Made by a program: the position numbers and the translations under genes | Notes under the pieces: model-generated | Databases searched by the model: none | Told to the model about the DNA's origin: nothing | What the model saw: the letters and a program-made list of their open reading frames with translations, nothing else | Shown: in pieces, positions 21,038 to 30,862 of the stretch | Numbering within the stretch: the stretch's first letter is position 1 | Layout: the number at the start of each line of letters is the position of its first letter | Source of the DNA: Bacteroidales bacterium | Lineage (GTDB): Bacteria > Bacteroidota > Bacteroidia > Bacteroidales > UBA4417 | Direction: 5' to 3' | Assembly: GCA_963665485.1 (NCBI GenBank) | Contig: OY762227.1 | Span: 1,231,293-1,295,292 of the forward strand | Length of the DNA stretch: 64,000 nt

Positions 21038-23545
21038 TTATTTTAGGTTTTTAATAAATGGTCTAAATGCATTCTCGAATTTTGGTAAATACTCAATGAA
21101 AAACTGATTCATTCTTTCCCAATCGCTGTCAATAAATAGATTTACGTCTTGCAAATCAAATTTAACTCTGCTCATTTTATTCTCAGCCAATTCTTCCCAA
21201 TGTAACGGGTTTCCAAAAGATTGTTCAACTGCATCTTTGCTCTTCATTAATTTTTTAAAATACACTTTGTTTTTTTCCTTGCTTGAAGTAGAAATACCTA
21301 GCTCAATGCGGATATGTGTTTTTGTAATTATCAAAGTATAAGCTAAACCACCAATTCCCGCTCCTGTGCTCAACCAATGGTCTTTTGACGGACTAACATT
21401 GTCAAACAGATTTGTATGATTTAATAGCGGTAAAAGTTGCTGCCAATACTTTTTTCTTACACTAAAGCGATTGGGTTCTGTTTTACTTTCACCGTTTGAT
21501 GAATACTTTATCAATAGTTCATCTTCCAATTCAAATAAAACAAGTATTTTTTTTAGAATAACAAATTTGGAGTTACTGTCAATGTTTGATTCAATATACC
21601 AACCATTCACAACTTCTTGGGCTGCTCTGAAATCGGTTGTCTCTCTGGTTATTTTTAAAATGTCTTGATTGCTGATAAGTAATTGTGTGTTTTTTTCATA
21701 AAGTTTCCGAATGACATAAAAATACATTTGGGCAACAGTATCTTCTTCAATTTTAGTGTTTTCAAAAATGAAGTATTCCAATTTTTTATGTGTCGGACTT
21801 TCAGTGTCAAAAATATTTTGTTCTTCCGATTCATCAGCATCAGAAATTTCAATGTCGGGTATCTCCCAAATTTTCAAAAATCGCTCATAAATTATATTCA
21901 ACCTTTCTTCATACTCAGCAACAGTCCATTTAACTGATGATTTTAAATAAGAATTAAGCCACAATCTGCTGAAGTTATAACCTTGCTCGTTTCCGTCAAC
22001 ATTCATTTCCTTTTTCGCATTAAAGGATTTGTTGCCTAACGCCCCATTATTTCCTGATAGTGTTAAGTTTGCAATGGTGTTTAGGTATTTCTCTTTGAAC
22101 AGGAAGTAATCTTCCGGTGAAATATCAGTGTTCCAATCATCACTCGGATTTTTTGGGAAAATATGTTCAATGGTTATGTGCTCATTATTGGTGTTTACAA
22201 ATTCCCGATTGTTGTAGTTTTCCAACATCTCAAACAAATAGTTTCTGTTTTTGGGTTGGGTATTGTATAGGTCTTTGTCTCTAAGGGCTGTTTTTAAATC
22301 TTCGTTGCTCGGAAACTTAGCACTGCCTTTTTTCTTCAATAATGCTTTGGCAATGCTGTCATAATATTCTTCCGTGTCAACTTCCGAGTATAATGACATA
22401 AAGATTTTATTCAAGGCATTAGTTGGAAGTCCTACAATAAACCTTCTCCAGGCATAGCTTTGAACCAATTTTAAAACTTTCAACAAATGTACTTTGCTCA
22501 ACAATCCGTTTTCGGCATCTTCAAATACCTGTATCAAAAAAGGATAGGCAACATTAATCTCTAAACGATTGATATATTCAAGCTCTTTCTGTATGCTTAA
22601 ATCCGCAACTGTTGAAGGGTTCACAAACTTTTTGTAATGAATGGAAAGTGATTTTATATTTTCCAGTTCCTGATGATAGGCTTCATCTTTTTTGTTTGCA
22701 TATATGCTTTTAAACTCTGCGTAAACTTTATTCTTATTTGGAATTTTCTTGTTTCTAAGCGTTAAATAATCCCGAATAAATTCAGAAACCAAAGAGCCTT
22801 GCTTCACATAATCTCTAGCATTTTCTTCAATGGGGTTCCAAATGGTTTCAAAAATTCGGTTTTGGTCTCTGGGTGGTAAGTCCATCAAAATGTAATTCCG
22901 AATCAGGTCAGATTGCGACAAGTCTAACCCTGTTGAATTTAAACTTTCAAAAATCCGTTGCGGGTCGTCTTTATCTCGTTCTAATGAAATTTCAACAAAT
23001 ATCAGGCGGTTTAAGCCCCTAAGTATCGTTTCGAAATTTTCTTCGGTTATAATGCTACTGAAATAGTTGTAGTTTTCTGTTACGTTAGAGTAGTGCAATG
23101 AACTATTATCTGTTCCCAACAAAATGGCTTTAAATGCTACAGAGTTGGTATCTGTTTGTTTCAGTTTTAATTTGCTTGATTCGTTTTTTACATATTGATT
23201 GGTAAGAAACATATTGTAAAGCCGTTCAGCATCTTGTGCGTTTCCGCTATCCTTGGCAAATCTATACAAGGCTACATATAGAATGTTGATGGTTGTAAGA
23301 CGTTGTTGTCCGTCTATGATTACCAACTCTTTTACTTCGCTTGTGCTGTATGTGCCTTCGTGAATAAAAACAATGCTTCCTATAAAATGTGTTCCCCTGT
23401 TCTCAGTTTCTACCGAAATTATATCGTTCAGAAGTTCTTTACATTCGGTATTTGTCCAATCGTAATTGCGTTGGTAAACAGGTATTACAAACTGCACATT
23501 AGGAGCTTGTAAAAAGTTATTTATTTGTAGTTCGTTGGCTTTCAT
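21038..23545 (-). CDS. DUF262 (ParB-like NTPase) + DUF1524 (His-Me/HNH-like nuclease) protein, GmrSD/SspE-like, with an extra C-terminal domain
   Basis: 835 aa. Contains IIDGQQRLTT (DUF262 DGQQR motif) and ITIEHIFPKNP (DUF1524 motif). The C-terminal ~150 aa resembles DUF4268. The start codon abuts the stop of the upstream helicase gene. Confidence 0.8.
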   Translation of the reverse strand: MKANELQINNFLQAPNVQFVIPVYQRNYDWTNTECKELLNDIISVETENRGTHFIGSIVFIHEGTYSTSEVKELVIIDGQQRLTTINILYVALYRFAKDSGNAQDAERLYNMFLTNQYVKNESSKLKLKQTDTNSVAFKAILLGTDNSSLHYSNVTENYNYFSSIITEENFETILRGLNRLIFVEISLERDKDDPQRIFESLNSTGLDLSQSDLIRNYILMDLPPRDQNRIFETIWNPIEENARDYVKQGSLVSEFIRDYLTLRNKKIPNKNKVYAEFKSIYANKKDEAYHQELENIKSLSIHYKKFVNPSTVADLSIQKELEYINRLEINVAYPFLIQVFEDAENGLLSKVHLLKVLKLVQSYAWRRFIVGLPTNALNKIFMSLYSEVDTEEYYDSIAKALLKKKGSAKFPSNEDLKTALRDKDLYNTQPKNRNYLFEMLENYNNREFVNTNNEHITIEHIFPKNPSDDWNTDISPEDYFLFKEKYLNTIANLTLSGNNGALGNKSFNAKKEMNVDGNEQGYNFSRLWLNSYLKSSVKWTVAEYEERLNIIYERFLKIWEIPDIEISDADESEEQNIFDTESPTHKKLEYFIFENTKIEEDTVAQMYFYVIRKLYEKNTQLLISNQDILKITRETTDFRAAQEVVNGWYIESNIDSNSKFVILKKILVLFELEDELLIKYSSNGESKTEPNRFSVRKKYWQQLLPLLNHTNLFDNVSPSKDHWLSTGAGIGGLAYTLIITKTHIRIELGISTSSKEKNKVYFKKLMKSKDAVEQSFGNPLHWEELAENKMSRVKFDLQDVNLFIDSDWERMNQFFIEYLPKFENAFRPFIKNLK

Positions 23546-26092
23546 TTATTGTGGTTCATTTACAAAACTTGATTCATAATCTTTTCTGCTTAACACAGTA
23601 TCAAACAATCCAATGTCTTCTCCATCGTGTCTGTTGATTCCTATATATTCTAAACTCGCATCTTCGTAGCGTTTGAATTTGTAAACAGCATCATTCATTA
23701 AGGCTGAATTGAACACGCCCATACTTACCAATAATTCAAAGTCTTTAACGGAAAGCCCTGTTACCTTTTTAAAAAGACCAGGTTCCAATTGCGTGATAAC
23801 ATCTTTCAGACTTCTTTCTCGGTAGTCGGTCAGATACATGAACACTGGAATGCGAGTAGCAAATTTGATTAGCTTGTCTTGTATTTGCTTTCTAAGGCTT
23901 TTGTATTCTTTCTCCTGGTCGGTTAATTCTTGTTTTTGCTTTTTAGTAAGCTCTTTGTCGTTGGCTTCCTTCTTTGCTTTTTTAACGGCATCGGATTTAT
24001 TGATAATTGTTTCAATGTCCTGATTCAAGTTTCTAAAGCCTTCAATGTTCATTAAAGCCTTCATTGCCTCTTCGTTTGCCATCAAACGGGCAAGTGTGTT
24101 GTTGTCAACATTCACGAGTAAAGCACTTTCCCAACGTCTAGCCAGGAGCGTTGCTGTTGTGCCACTCATTGCCATATCTAGAATTCCTGCGGCATCTACT
24201 TGTTTCATCGAACTGCCGTCATAAGCCAATACAGGCAGAAAGTTGATAAATTCGGCAACTTTTGCTTCGGGATTTGATTCGTTTACATTCAATCGACAAC
24301 TGTAATCGGCAATTTGGCGTAATGCCCGGTCGGGAGCAAAGTCAAAAACATAACATTCTTCTTTTAGTATTTCTTCTTTATTGGGTGATTTGCTATCGGG
24401 GTTTTTAATGACCCAAGGCGTTTGCACCCGGAATGCTGCTTGAAAATAGGTTTCGGGACTGGAAGAATTACGCAACATAAAAATGCCTGTCCAGGGTTTC
24501 ACTGAAACGCCTGTTGTAAGTTTGCCACACGATAACGTTATGGTTTTTGACTCCAGAGGATTGTCGGTCATTGCATCTAAAACGGGTGGTAATGCTTCAA
24601 TGCCAATTCCTGCATGTGTACCTGCGGCAACCACTACGGTATAATCGTGGTAAAAATTATTTTGGCGTTGCTTTAGTAAACTTGCCATTGCGTTACAAGA
24701 TGCAACGGTTGGCAAAAACCAAAACGTATGATTTAATACTTTGAGTAATGGGGCGTGCGCAAACGGCAGTGGTGGCTTTTTTGCACCCATTTTTAAATTA
24801 TCAACCGTGGTTTCACTGAACGAACCCCGTATTAAATCCAACCATTTTTGTACTTCATCTTCGTATTTGAAGCGGGCAGTTCTGCCTTCACCTTCGCTTT
24901 TAAAGAATACATTTAAATCAAAACCATCAAACTCGCCCTGCATTGCAATCTGGCGAATGGAATCAGGTAATTGATAAGTAAGCATTACCATTCGCGGCAA
25001 GGCTGCATATGGATTGTTATCGCCAGTCCAGTTCTCTTTGGCTCTTTGTTCATCTGAATAAGTCCAATTAAAAATTTGTTCTTCGATAAATTCGCCTGAA
25101 CTGATTGCCCGAAACGGAGTACCTGATAAATACAAAAAATGATTTGTGCTTATCGGAATGATTTCCTCTAAATGTTCAACCTTATCCTCTTCGGCAAATC
25201 CTTCCTCTTCAATTTTTTTAAATTCTTCAATCTCCTTTTCGGCTTCTAAATCCTTACCGAATAGATCTTTGGCATTTTCTCTCCAGGCTCCATAGTGATA
25301 CTCGTCAAAAATAATACAATCCCAAACGGTGGCATGTACCCATTCATTTTTTGCTTTAATACCACCGGTGTTGGTATTCTTCCCTAAAAAATCCTGAAAC
25401 GAACCAAAACAAACCAATGGTTTTTTAGTATCTATATCTTCGCTCGATAATTCATCTGCGTGTTTAGAAATGAATTGCCAACCTTTAAAATCTACGTGTG
25501 ATAATAAATCTTCTTTCCAGGCATCTTCAACGGCTGGTTTAAAAGTAAGCACCAATACTTTTTTCCAACCCATTTTTTTTGCCAACTGATAACTGGCAAA
25601 TGTTTTTCCGAAACGCATTTTGGCGTTCCATAAAAAGTGCGGTGTTTTGTCTTTGTTCTCTTTTTTAAAACTCTTAAAATAAGCGATTGATTTATTTACG
25701 GCTTCTTCCTGTTCGGGACGCATACCAAACGTGAGCACACGATTTTCTTCTGTTTTCTCACCTGTTTTTATTTGATGAATGGCTCTTCGTAAATCATTTA
25801 AGGTGCATTTGTACCATTCTCCGCTTGCATTCACTACTTTCCATTCTCTTAAAAGACGGTGTACATCATGGTCGGTAAACGAACTGCCGTCACGCTTCAT
25901 AGCCGATTCTTCAAACACAATTTTGTGTTGAATGGCAGCCGTACCTACCTGTTCTTTTATGCGTGTTTGTGCATCCCGGTCAGTGTAGCCGATTTTGAGC
26001 AAACCCTTATGTGTGGCAACTTCAACCAATTCATAAGCATAAATAGTAGGATTGGTATACGGTCTAGGAGGAAAGAATTCTTTTTTACTCAT
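23546..26092 (-). CDS. T5orf172/GIY-YIG-like domain fused to an SF2 (type III Res-like) helicase
   Basis: 848 aa. N-terminus: IYAYEL...GLLKIGYTDRDAQTRIKE...VHRLL...GEWYKC. Helicase motifs: MRFGKT (I), IIFDEYHYG (II), LSGTPF (III), QAAFRVQT (VI). Overlaps the MTase stop by 8 nt. Confidence 0.75.
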   Translation of the reverse strand: MSKKEFFPPRPYTNPTIYAYELVEVATHKGLLKIGYTDRDAQTRIKEQVGTAAIQHKIVFEESAMKRDGSSFTDHDVHRLLREWKVVNASGEWYKCTLNDLRRAIHQIKTGEKTEENRVLTFGMRPEQEEAVNKSIAYFKSFKKENKDKTPHFLWNAKMRFGKTFASYQLAKKMGWKKVLVLTFKPAVEDAWKEDLLSHVDFKGWQFISKHADELSSEDIDTKKPLVCFGSFQDFLGKNTNTGGIKAKNEWVHATVWDCIIFDEYHYGAWRENAKDLFGKDLEAEKEIEEFKKIEEEGFAEEDKVEHLEEIIPISTNHFLYLSGTPFRAISSGEFIEEQIFNWTYSDEQRAKENWTGDNNPYAALPRMVMLTYQLPDSIRQIAMQGEFDGFDLNVFFKSEGEGRTARFKYEDEVQKWLDLIRGSFSETTVDNLKMGAKKPPLPFAHAPLLKVLNHTFWFLPTVASCNAMASLLKQRQNNFYHDYTVVVAAGTHAGIGIEALPPVLDAMTDNPLESKTITLSCGKLTTGVSVKPWTGIFMLRNSSSPETYFQAAFRVQTPWVIKNPDSKSPNKEEILKEECYVFDFAPDRALRQIADYSCRLNVNESNPEAKVAEFINFLPVLAYDGSSMKQVDAAGILDMAMSGTTATLLARRWESALLVNVDNNTLARLMANEEAMKALMNIEGFRNLNQDIETIINKSDAVKKAKKEANDKELTKKQKQELTDQEKEYKSLRKQIQDKLIKFATRIPVFMYLTDYRERSLKDVITQLEPGLFKKVTGLSVKDFELLVSMGVFNSALMNDAVYKFKRYEDASLEYIGINRHDGEDIGLFDTVLSRKDYESSFVNEPQ

Positions 26093-27647
26093 CTACTTCA
26101 GCATTTTGCGATAAATCCTTTGGGCGAATCATGCTTTCTATGAAAGCGATTTCATCATTTGTTAAACTATACTTTTCATAAAGTTTTTCGTCTGTCCATG
26201 GCTCAGAGAAATTTTGGAGTGGAACAAACTCGTAAACTCCTCTTCTAGCTTCTTGAGTGATTTTTTTTAAAGAAACCATGAAGTGGAAAAATTTTGTCTC
26301 AATATATGAGAGAACATTTTCTAAAGTCTGGATCGTATTAAAAGGGCCAATCACAAGGTAGGTTTCACTAGTGCATGAGGGGTTTTCTGGCACAAAAGGT
26401 CTGATAACATCTGTTTTACTATCACCGGTTCCAATAGCTTTCGCTACAAATAACTTATGTTTACTTAACCAATCTGTATTTTTTTGTACATATTTCTTGT
26501 CAATATAACCTACGCCATCTTTTCTCCATCCATTATAGTAAAATTTTACACTTCCTTCGAAATAACTGAGTTTAAATTGAGGTTTAACTCGTTTCATACT
26601 ACCTTCAATCCTAACATCAAAACCAAAAGGATCATTTGCACTAATTAAGTCAGAAAAACTTTTCTCTTTCTTAGTTTTAACCTTTTTCAATATTGGAACT
26701 GCTTCATTGTATCGAATAAATGTTGAAGCCCCTTCTTCAAGCAAAGCACGTTCGGTTTCTGATGTGATTATATCCCCTGAATGAGTACATACTTTACAAA
26801 GACCTTTATTATCCCTATCCCATAAAAAATAGTTTACACCTCCTTTTATTTCAACACCCGGAAAACAATCTCTTGCATCTTGAAAATCATGTATTATTCT
26901 CAATCTTTTATCTTTTAGCATTTTTTCCCTAAACTCAGTAAGCTCACCAACCCTACCACCAGCAAACCATCTGGCTGGAATAATCATAGATAAATATTTA
27001 GGTTTTAGCGCTATTGCTTGCTCAACAAATTTATGGTAGATAGGTTTTGCACTAGCTCCATGTCCACCATCACTCAGTTGATAAGGTGGATTTCCAACAA
27101 TTACATCAAATTTCATATTGAATGTTTTCTTAGGCTTGTCTGTGTGTATAAAATTGTAAGCGTAGGTTTCTAAGGCATCTTCACGGTCATAAACTTCCTG
27201 GCTTGCTCCACAATAGGTACATTTTCCGCTTTGCCAGGTGTGTTTCATCCGTTTATATCGGATAAGTCCTTGCTCGTCATTAAAGGATTCGCAAATAGAG
27301 TATTTACCATTGGCAGTCTTGGAGCAATATACGCTTCTACGTGAGAGCAATGCGGTTAAATCTGTAATGGCAATACCGTAAAGCTGCTGGCTGAAAATAT
27401 GGTTAATGCGTTCCTGTTTGTCAGGTATTTGGGTTTCCAAACCTTTCATCAGTCGCTTTGCTATTTCTCGCAAAAACACACCACTTTTACTTACTGGGTC
27501 CAAAAATTTGGCTTTGGGATTGCTCCAAAGTTCAGCAGGAAGCAAATTTAAAATATCATTAGCTAAACCTGGTGGCGTAAAAACTTCGTCGTTGCTTAAA
27601 TTGGCAAGGCAAGAGAGTACGTCGGGGTTATAGTTCGTTTGCATCAT
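26085..27647 (-). CDS. Gamma-class N6-adenine DNA methyltransferase (Eco57I-like) with an inserted Cys4 zinc ribbon and a C-terminal recognition region
   Basis: EVFTPPGLANDIL, FLDPVSKSGVFLREI (motif I variant) and DVIVGNPPYQ (motif IV) are present. Cys cluster YCSK..SICES...CTYCG. Start is ambiguous: TTG at 27656, or ATG at 27647 or 27644. Confidence 0.8.
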   Translation of the reverse strand: MMQTNYNPDVLSCLANLSNDEVFTPPGLANDILNLLPAELWSNPKAKFLDPVSKSGVFLREIAKRLMKGLETQIPDKQERINHIFSQQLYGIAITDLTALLSRRSVYCSKTANGKYSICESFNDEQGLIRYKRMKHTWQSGKCTYCGASQEVYDREDALETYAYNFIHTDKPKKTFNMKFDVIVGNPPYQLSDGGHGASAKPIYHKFVEQAIALKPKYLSMIIPARWFAGGRVGELTEFREKMLKDKRLRIIHDFQDARDCFPGVEIKGGVNYFLWDRDNKGLCKVCTHSGDIITSETERALLEEGASTFIRYNEAVPILKKVKTKKEKSFSDLISANDPFGFDVRIEGSMKRVKPQFKLSYFEGSVKFYYNGWRKDGVGYIDKKYVQKNTDWLSKHKLFVAKAIGTGDSKTDVIRPFVPENPSCTSETYLVIGPFNTIQTLENVLSYIETKFFHFMVSLKKITQEARRGVYEFVPLQNFSEPWTDEKLYEKYSLTNDEIAFIESMIRPKDLSQNAEVDE

Positions 27648-28305
27648 CTTCGCCAAGTTTTAAAAAATGAATAAGCGGAAAATCCTTTACCGGTTCGTCA
27701 ATGGCACCAGCATTGCCTTCGTCATTAAATATTGAAAACTGGTGAGTTTTCTCTACCAAAAATTTAAACATATAATCTCTGCGTTTCAGCATAGAGCCGT
27801 TTACAGCACTCCATTCCGAAAATATAATTGGTTGCTTCGTAATCGGATTAGTAAAGTCCAAAGCATCACCCCAAAGTATGTTTCTGGTTAATAAAAAACC
27901 AACTGAACGAATACATTCACTCTTCACTCGTTTGAATGTTTTTGAATACCATTCCGTATAAATTCCAAGCAAACGTTTTCGGCATTCCTGTGCGTTATCT
28001 TCTAAAATATCCACACCATAAATACTTGAAACTGCAATAACTGAATATCTTTCCCATTCCACTTGGCTTTTGCTGTATCGGCTGTCAACTACAGCTAATT
28101 TTCTTCTCAATACTTCGGCTAAAAAATTTCCGTTACCACAAGCAGGTTCTAAGAAACGAGAGTCAATTCTTTCTGTTTCTTGTTTAACCAAGTCAAGCAT
28201 TGCATTTACTTCTCGTTGGTTTGTAAAAACTTCACCGTGGTCAGCAACCCGCTTTTTTGATTTTACTTGGTTATCTGTCTTTATATCTTCTGTCAATTCA
28301 GTCAC
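27628..28305 (-). CDS. Methyltransferase-like SAM-binding protein lacking the catalytic NPPY motif
   Basis: 225 aa with a GTG start. HGEVFTNQREVNAML and FLEPACGNGNFL (motif I), YGVDI and ILWGDAL are present, but no (N/D)PP(Y/F) follows. Overlaps the downstream MTase start. Confidence 0.6.
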   Translation of the reverse strand: MTELTEDIKTDNQVKSKKRVADHGEVFTNQREVNAMLDLVKQETERIDSRFLEPACGNGNFLAEVLRRKLAVVDSRYSKSQVEWERYSVIAVSSIYGVDILEDNAQECRKRLLGIYTEWYSKTFKRVKSECIRSVGFLLTRNILWGDALDFTNPITKQPIIFSEWSAVNGSMLKRRDYMFKFLVEKTHQFSIFNDEGNAGAIDEPVKDFPLIHFLKLGEDDANEL

Positions 28306-28412
28306 TTATTATTTTATTATTTTAAGTCGTCTAAGTTGCTTTTTTATGTTTGGTTGTCTGTATGTGCGTTCGTAAAAAATGGTTCTTTTGGTTTATTAAC
28401 GTTGGGCTGCGT

Positions 28413-28826
28413 TTAGGCAAAAACCAAATGTGCCATTTGTGCGGTTGGTTGTCTTTTTACAATGAGGTATAACATAAAAGTAGCTCCCTTCATAAACTTG
28501 CTGAATGCAGCACTGCGGTTGCCTACATTACGGAGAAAATCAAATACACCATCATTCTTGGTAAACATCTTATGCATTACCTTCGGGTCCATATTCTTGA
28601 ACCAGCTCCAGCGCAATTCGTATTCTGCTTCGGTATAAATAGGCTCTTCTATGGGCTTTTTCAAAAGGTTAGCCTTTTGTTCCCTGTGCGTTTGCAGTTC
28701 ATCCAGCCTGCGGATGAAAAGCAAAAAGGTCATTTGTTCAATAACAGTTAAGGGGTTTGAAAGTCCCCCTGTCCAAAACGCTTCCCAGACTTTATCTATT
28801 TGTGATTTGAGTTCTCCGGTGATCAT
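28413..28826 (-). pseudogene. hsdM: Truncated hsdM (type I R-M methylase, N-terminal domain only)
   Basis: MITGELKSQIDKVWEAFWTGGLSNPLTVIEQMTFLLFIRRLDE is a textbook HsdM N-terminal domain. The ORF ends after 137 aa with an unrelated tail and has no catalytic domain. Confidence 0.7.
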
Positions 28827-29237
28827 GCATACTTTTTAATGAGATTGGTGCAAATATCGTTTAATTATATGGAATGTTTATTAGCCATAGCTGAATATTA
28901 GGAGAGTACCAAAGTACGAAAAATATATACTGAGTTTATATATTTGTTGGTTTTGGGCAATCTGATTATGAATGCACCTTGAAAAATAGCTGATCATTGA
29001 TTCACTTCAAATCATAATCTAAAATTTAAATCTTTTGAAGTACATGGTTAAAATCAGTATCTACCACCCTACACATGTTTTCTGGTTTACATAAAACATT
29101 GAATAGTAGCATATAAAGTGTCTTTTTATCAAAAAAATAACCCCTGCAACCGATCCTGCGTTTGTTTCAGGACTTTACGATTGCAGGGGCGATTGCAGGC
29201 CATTATTCTACCGAATAAATAACTATAAATCAGATGT

Positions 29238-30770
29238 TTAATTCATGTTTGGGTCGTAAGAAGGGTTGCTTATCGTGAAATAAGTAGTTTTCCTTCCACC
29301 CTTTACTGGTATTTCAAAGCGGCTTGTACCAATGTTCCTTTCTTCCATTTCTAATAGTAATTCCTGAACCTGCATTGCCGTATTACATCGGGCGACATTA
29401 TTGGATAATAACATTCTGGCTGTTACTCTTCCCCCATGTCTGTTTATCCATGCCACGGCAAGTACAATTTTCTGATCCATCGGTGAATTGTTCATCTCCT
29501 TATAAGTTTTGTAAACATGCGACTTAAAGTAGTTTATCACCAGGTGTGCCTTGTCCACGGTTTCGGGCTCAATTACAAAAGAATCAATCTTGTTAGATGC
29601 ATTTTCAGCAAGTTGCAAAATTAGAATTATGCGGGCCATATAAGCCTGTAGTTTAGACCAAACCCCCTTCAGATAATAAGGCAGTTCATAAGAATTCATT
29701 TCAGCATCATGTACCTTATTCCAATCTCTCCATAGCATCCTGCTTGCATAATTGAATTTCATGCTGACTGGATTTTCTTCATTTAGATGTCCTTTTGCTG
29801 GCATCAGGCAGTAAAGTGATTGCACTATTGCAAGGTATCCCTGCATTACTTCATCACTCAATTCATCCTCGGTATACTGCAGTTTTGTAATTTCAGGATA
29901 CGACAATAATATCCGGTCGAAAAAGCCATTATTCTTCATTCCGGATAAGGTCAAAAGTAAATCTGGTTGGATACAACCTGTTACATTTACAATTGGGTTA
30001 TTTATAAATAGGGGCAGAGGTTGTGATGCCCGGTTTATAATACATTGACTACCACTCCAAAAGGAAAGCCAATTCTCAAGATCTGCTCCCTGGCCTCCAC
30101 GGTATGAATTCATTGATTTTACCCAGGCAGCTAACTCATCTTGCTCGAATAGAATTCCGCGTTTATAATTCGCCAGTAATTTGCTAATGGCTTCCATTGT
30201 CGCATTACTTGTCTTTATTTGCCTTAGTTTGGGCTGTTCACCTTCATTCGCAGCATTTCTGTCTTGCCCTCTTCTTTCATCCCCTGTTGCACTACTTTGG
30301 TCATTATACCTTTGCATTTCCACGCTGTATGCTGCTAAAAACATATCTTGTATTTGCGCAATAGGTTTGGTAGCAATATTTAGGGCGGGTGATTTTTTAC
30401 TTCCAGGTTGAGCAATAATTGCACTGTATATCCGCGGACCTTCTACCCATCCTTTTTTGATTTGTATATTCCTGCTAATTCCTATCGCTGTAGCAAGAAC
30501 GGCTAATACTGGTACTGCTATAAAATCAGCCGGGCAACCAACTGATTTTGATGCTTCATGCACTAAATTCGCGATAGGAACAGGGAATACCTGCACTGGG
30601 AAAAGTATAGTGTGTTCAGTGTATTGTGTAAGATTAGGTCTTTGTAACTTGTAATATTCCTTCTCAGGTTCTTTTATTTCAGCAATTCCAACATTAGTTT
30701 TAACTAATCTTGTATCACCCTTTGTGTTAATTGCTGTGCAGTCCTCATGCTGTTCAACTCCATCTGTCAT
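29238..30770 (-). CDS. DUF3987-family (YfjI/P4-alpha-like) primase-helicase-type replication protein
   Basis: FPVQVFPVPIANLVHEASKSVGCPADFIAVPVLAVLATAIG...AQPGSKKSPA matches the DUF3987 signature. ATG at 30770; an alternative start lies at 30839. Confidence 0.7.
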   Translation of the reverse strand: MTDGVEQHEDCTAINTKGDTRLVKTNVGIAEIKEPEKEYYKLQRPNLTQYTEHTILFPVQVFPVPIANLVHEASKSVGCPADFIAVPVLAVLATAIGISRNIQIKKGWVEGPRIYSAIIAQPGSKKSPALNIATKPIAQIQDMFLAAYSVEMQRYNDQSSATGDERRGQDRNAANEGEQPKLRQIKTSNATMEAISKLLANYKRGILFEQDELAAWVKSMNSYRGGQGADLENWLSFWSGSQCIINRASQPLPLFINNPIVNVTGCIQPDLLLTLSGMKNNGFFDRILLSYPEITKLQYTEDELSDEVMQGYLAIVQSLYCLMPAKGHLNEENPVSMKFNYASRMLWRDWNKVHDAEMNSYELPYYLKGVWSKLQAYMARIILILQLAENASNKIDSFVIEPETVDKAHLVINYFKSHVYKTYKEMNNSPMDQKIVLAVAWINRHGGRVTARMLLSNNVARCNTAMQVQELLLEMEERNIGTSRFEIPVKGGRKTTYFTISNPSYDPNMN

Positions 30771-30862
30771 TATTTTAAAATTTAAATAGTTCTGCCGGTA
30801 AGGCAGTATGCATAATATTGCCTCTCTCAGAGGCTTCAAAATTGTTTACGCCATATTTGGCG

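Noticed and set aside
25565-25580. A8/T8 homopolymer inside the helicase gene as a possible phase-variation switch
   Set aside because: A single 8-nt tract in AT-rich DNA is unremarkable. No longer simple-sequence repeats were seen in the R-M-like genes.
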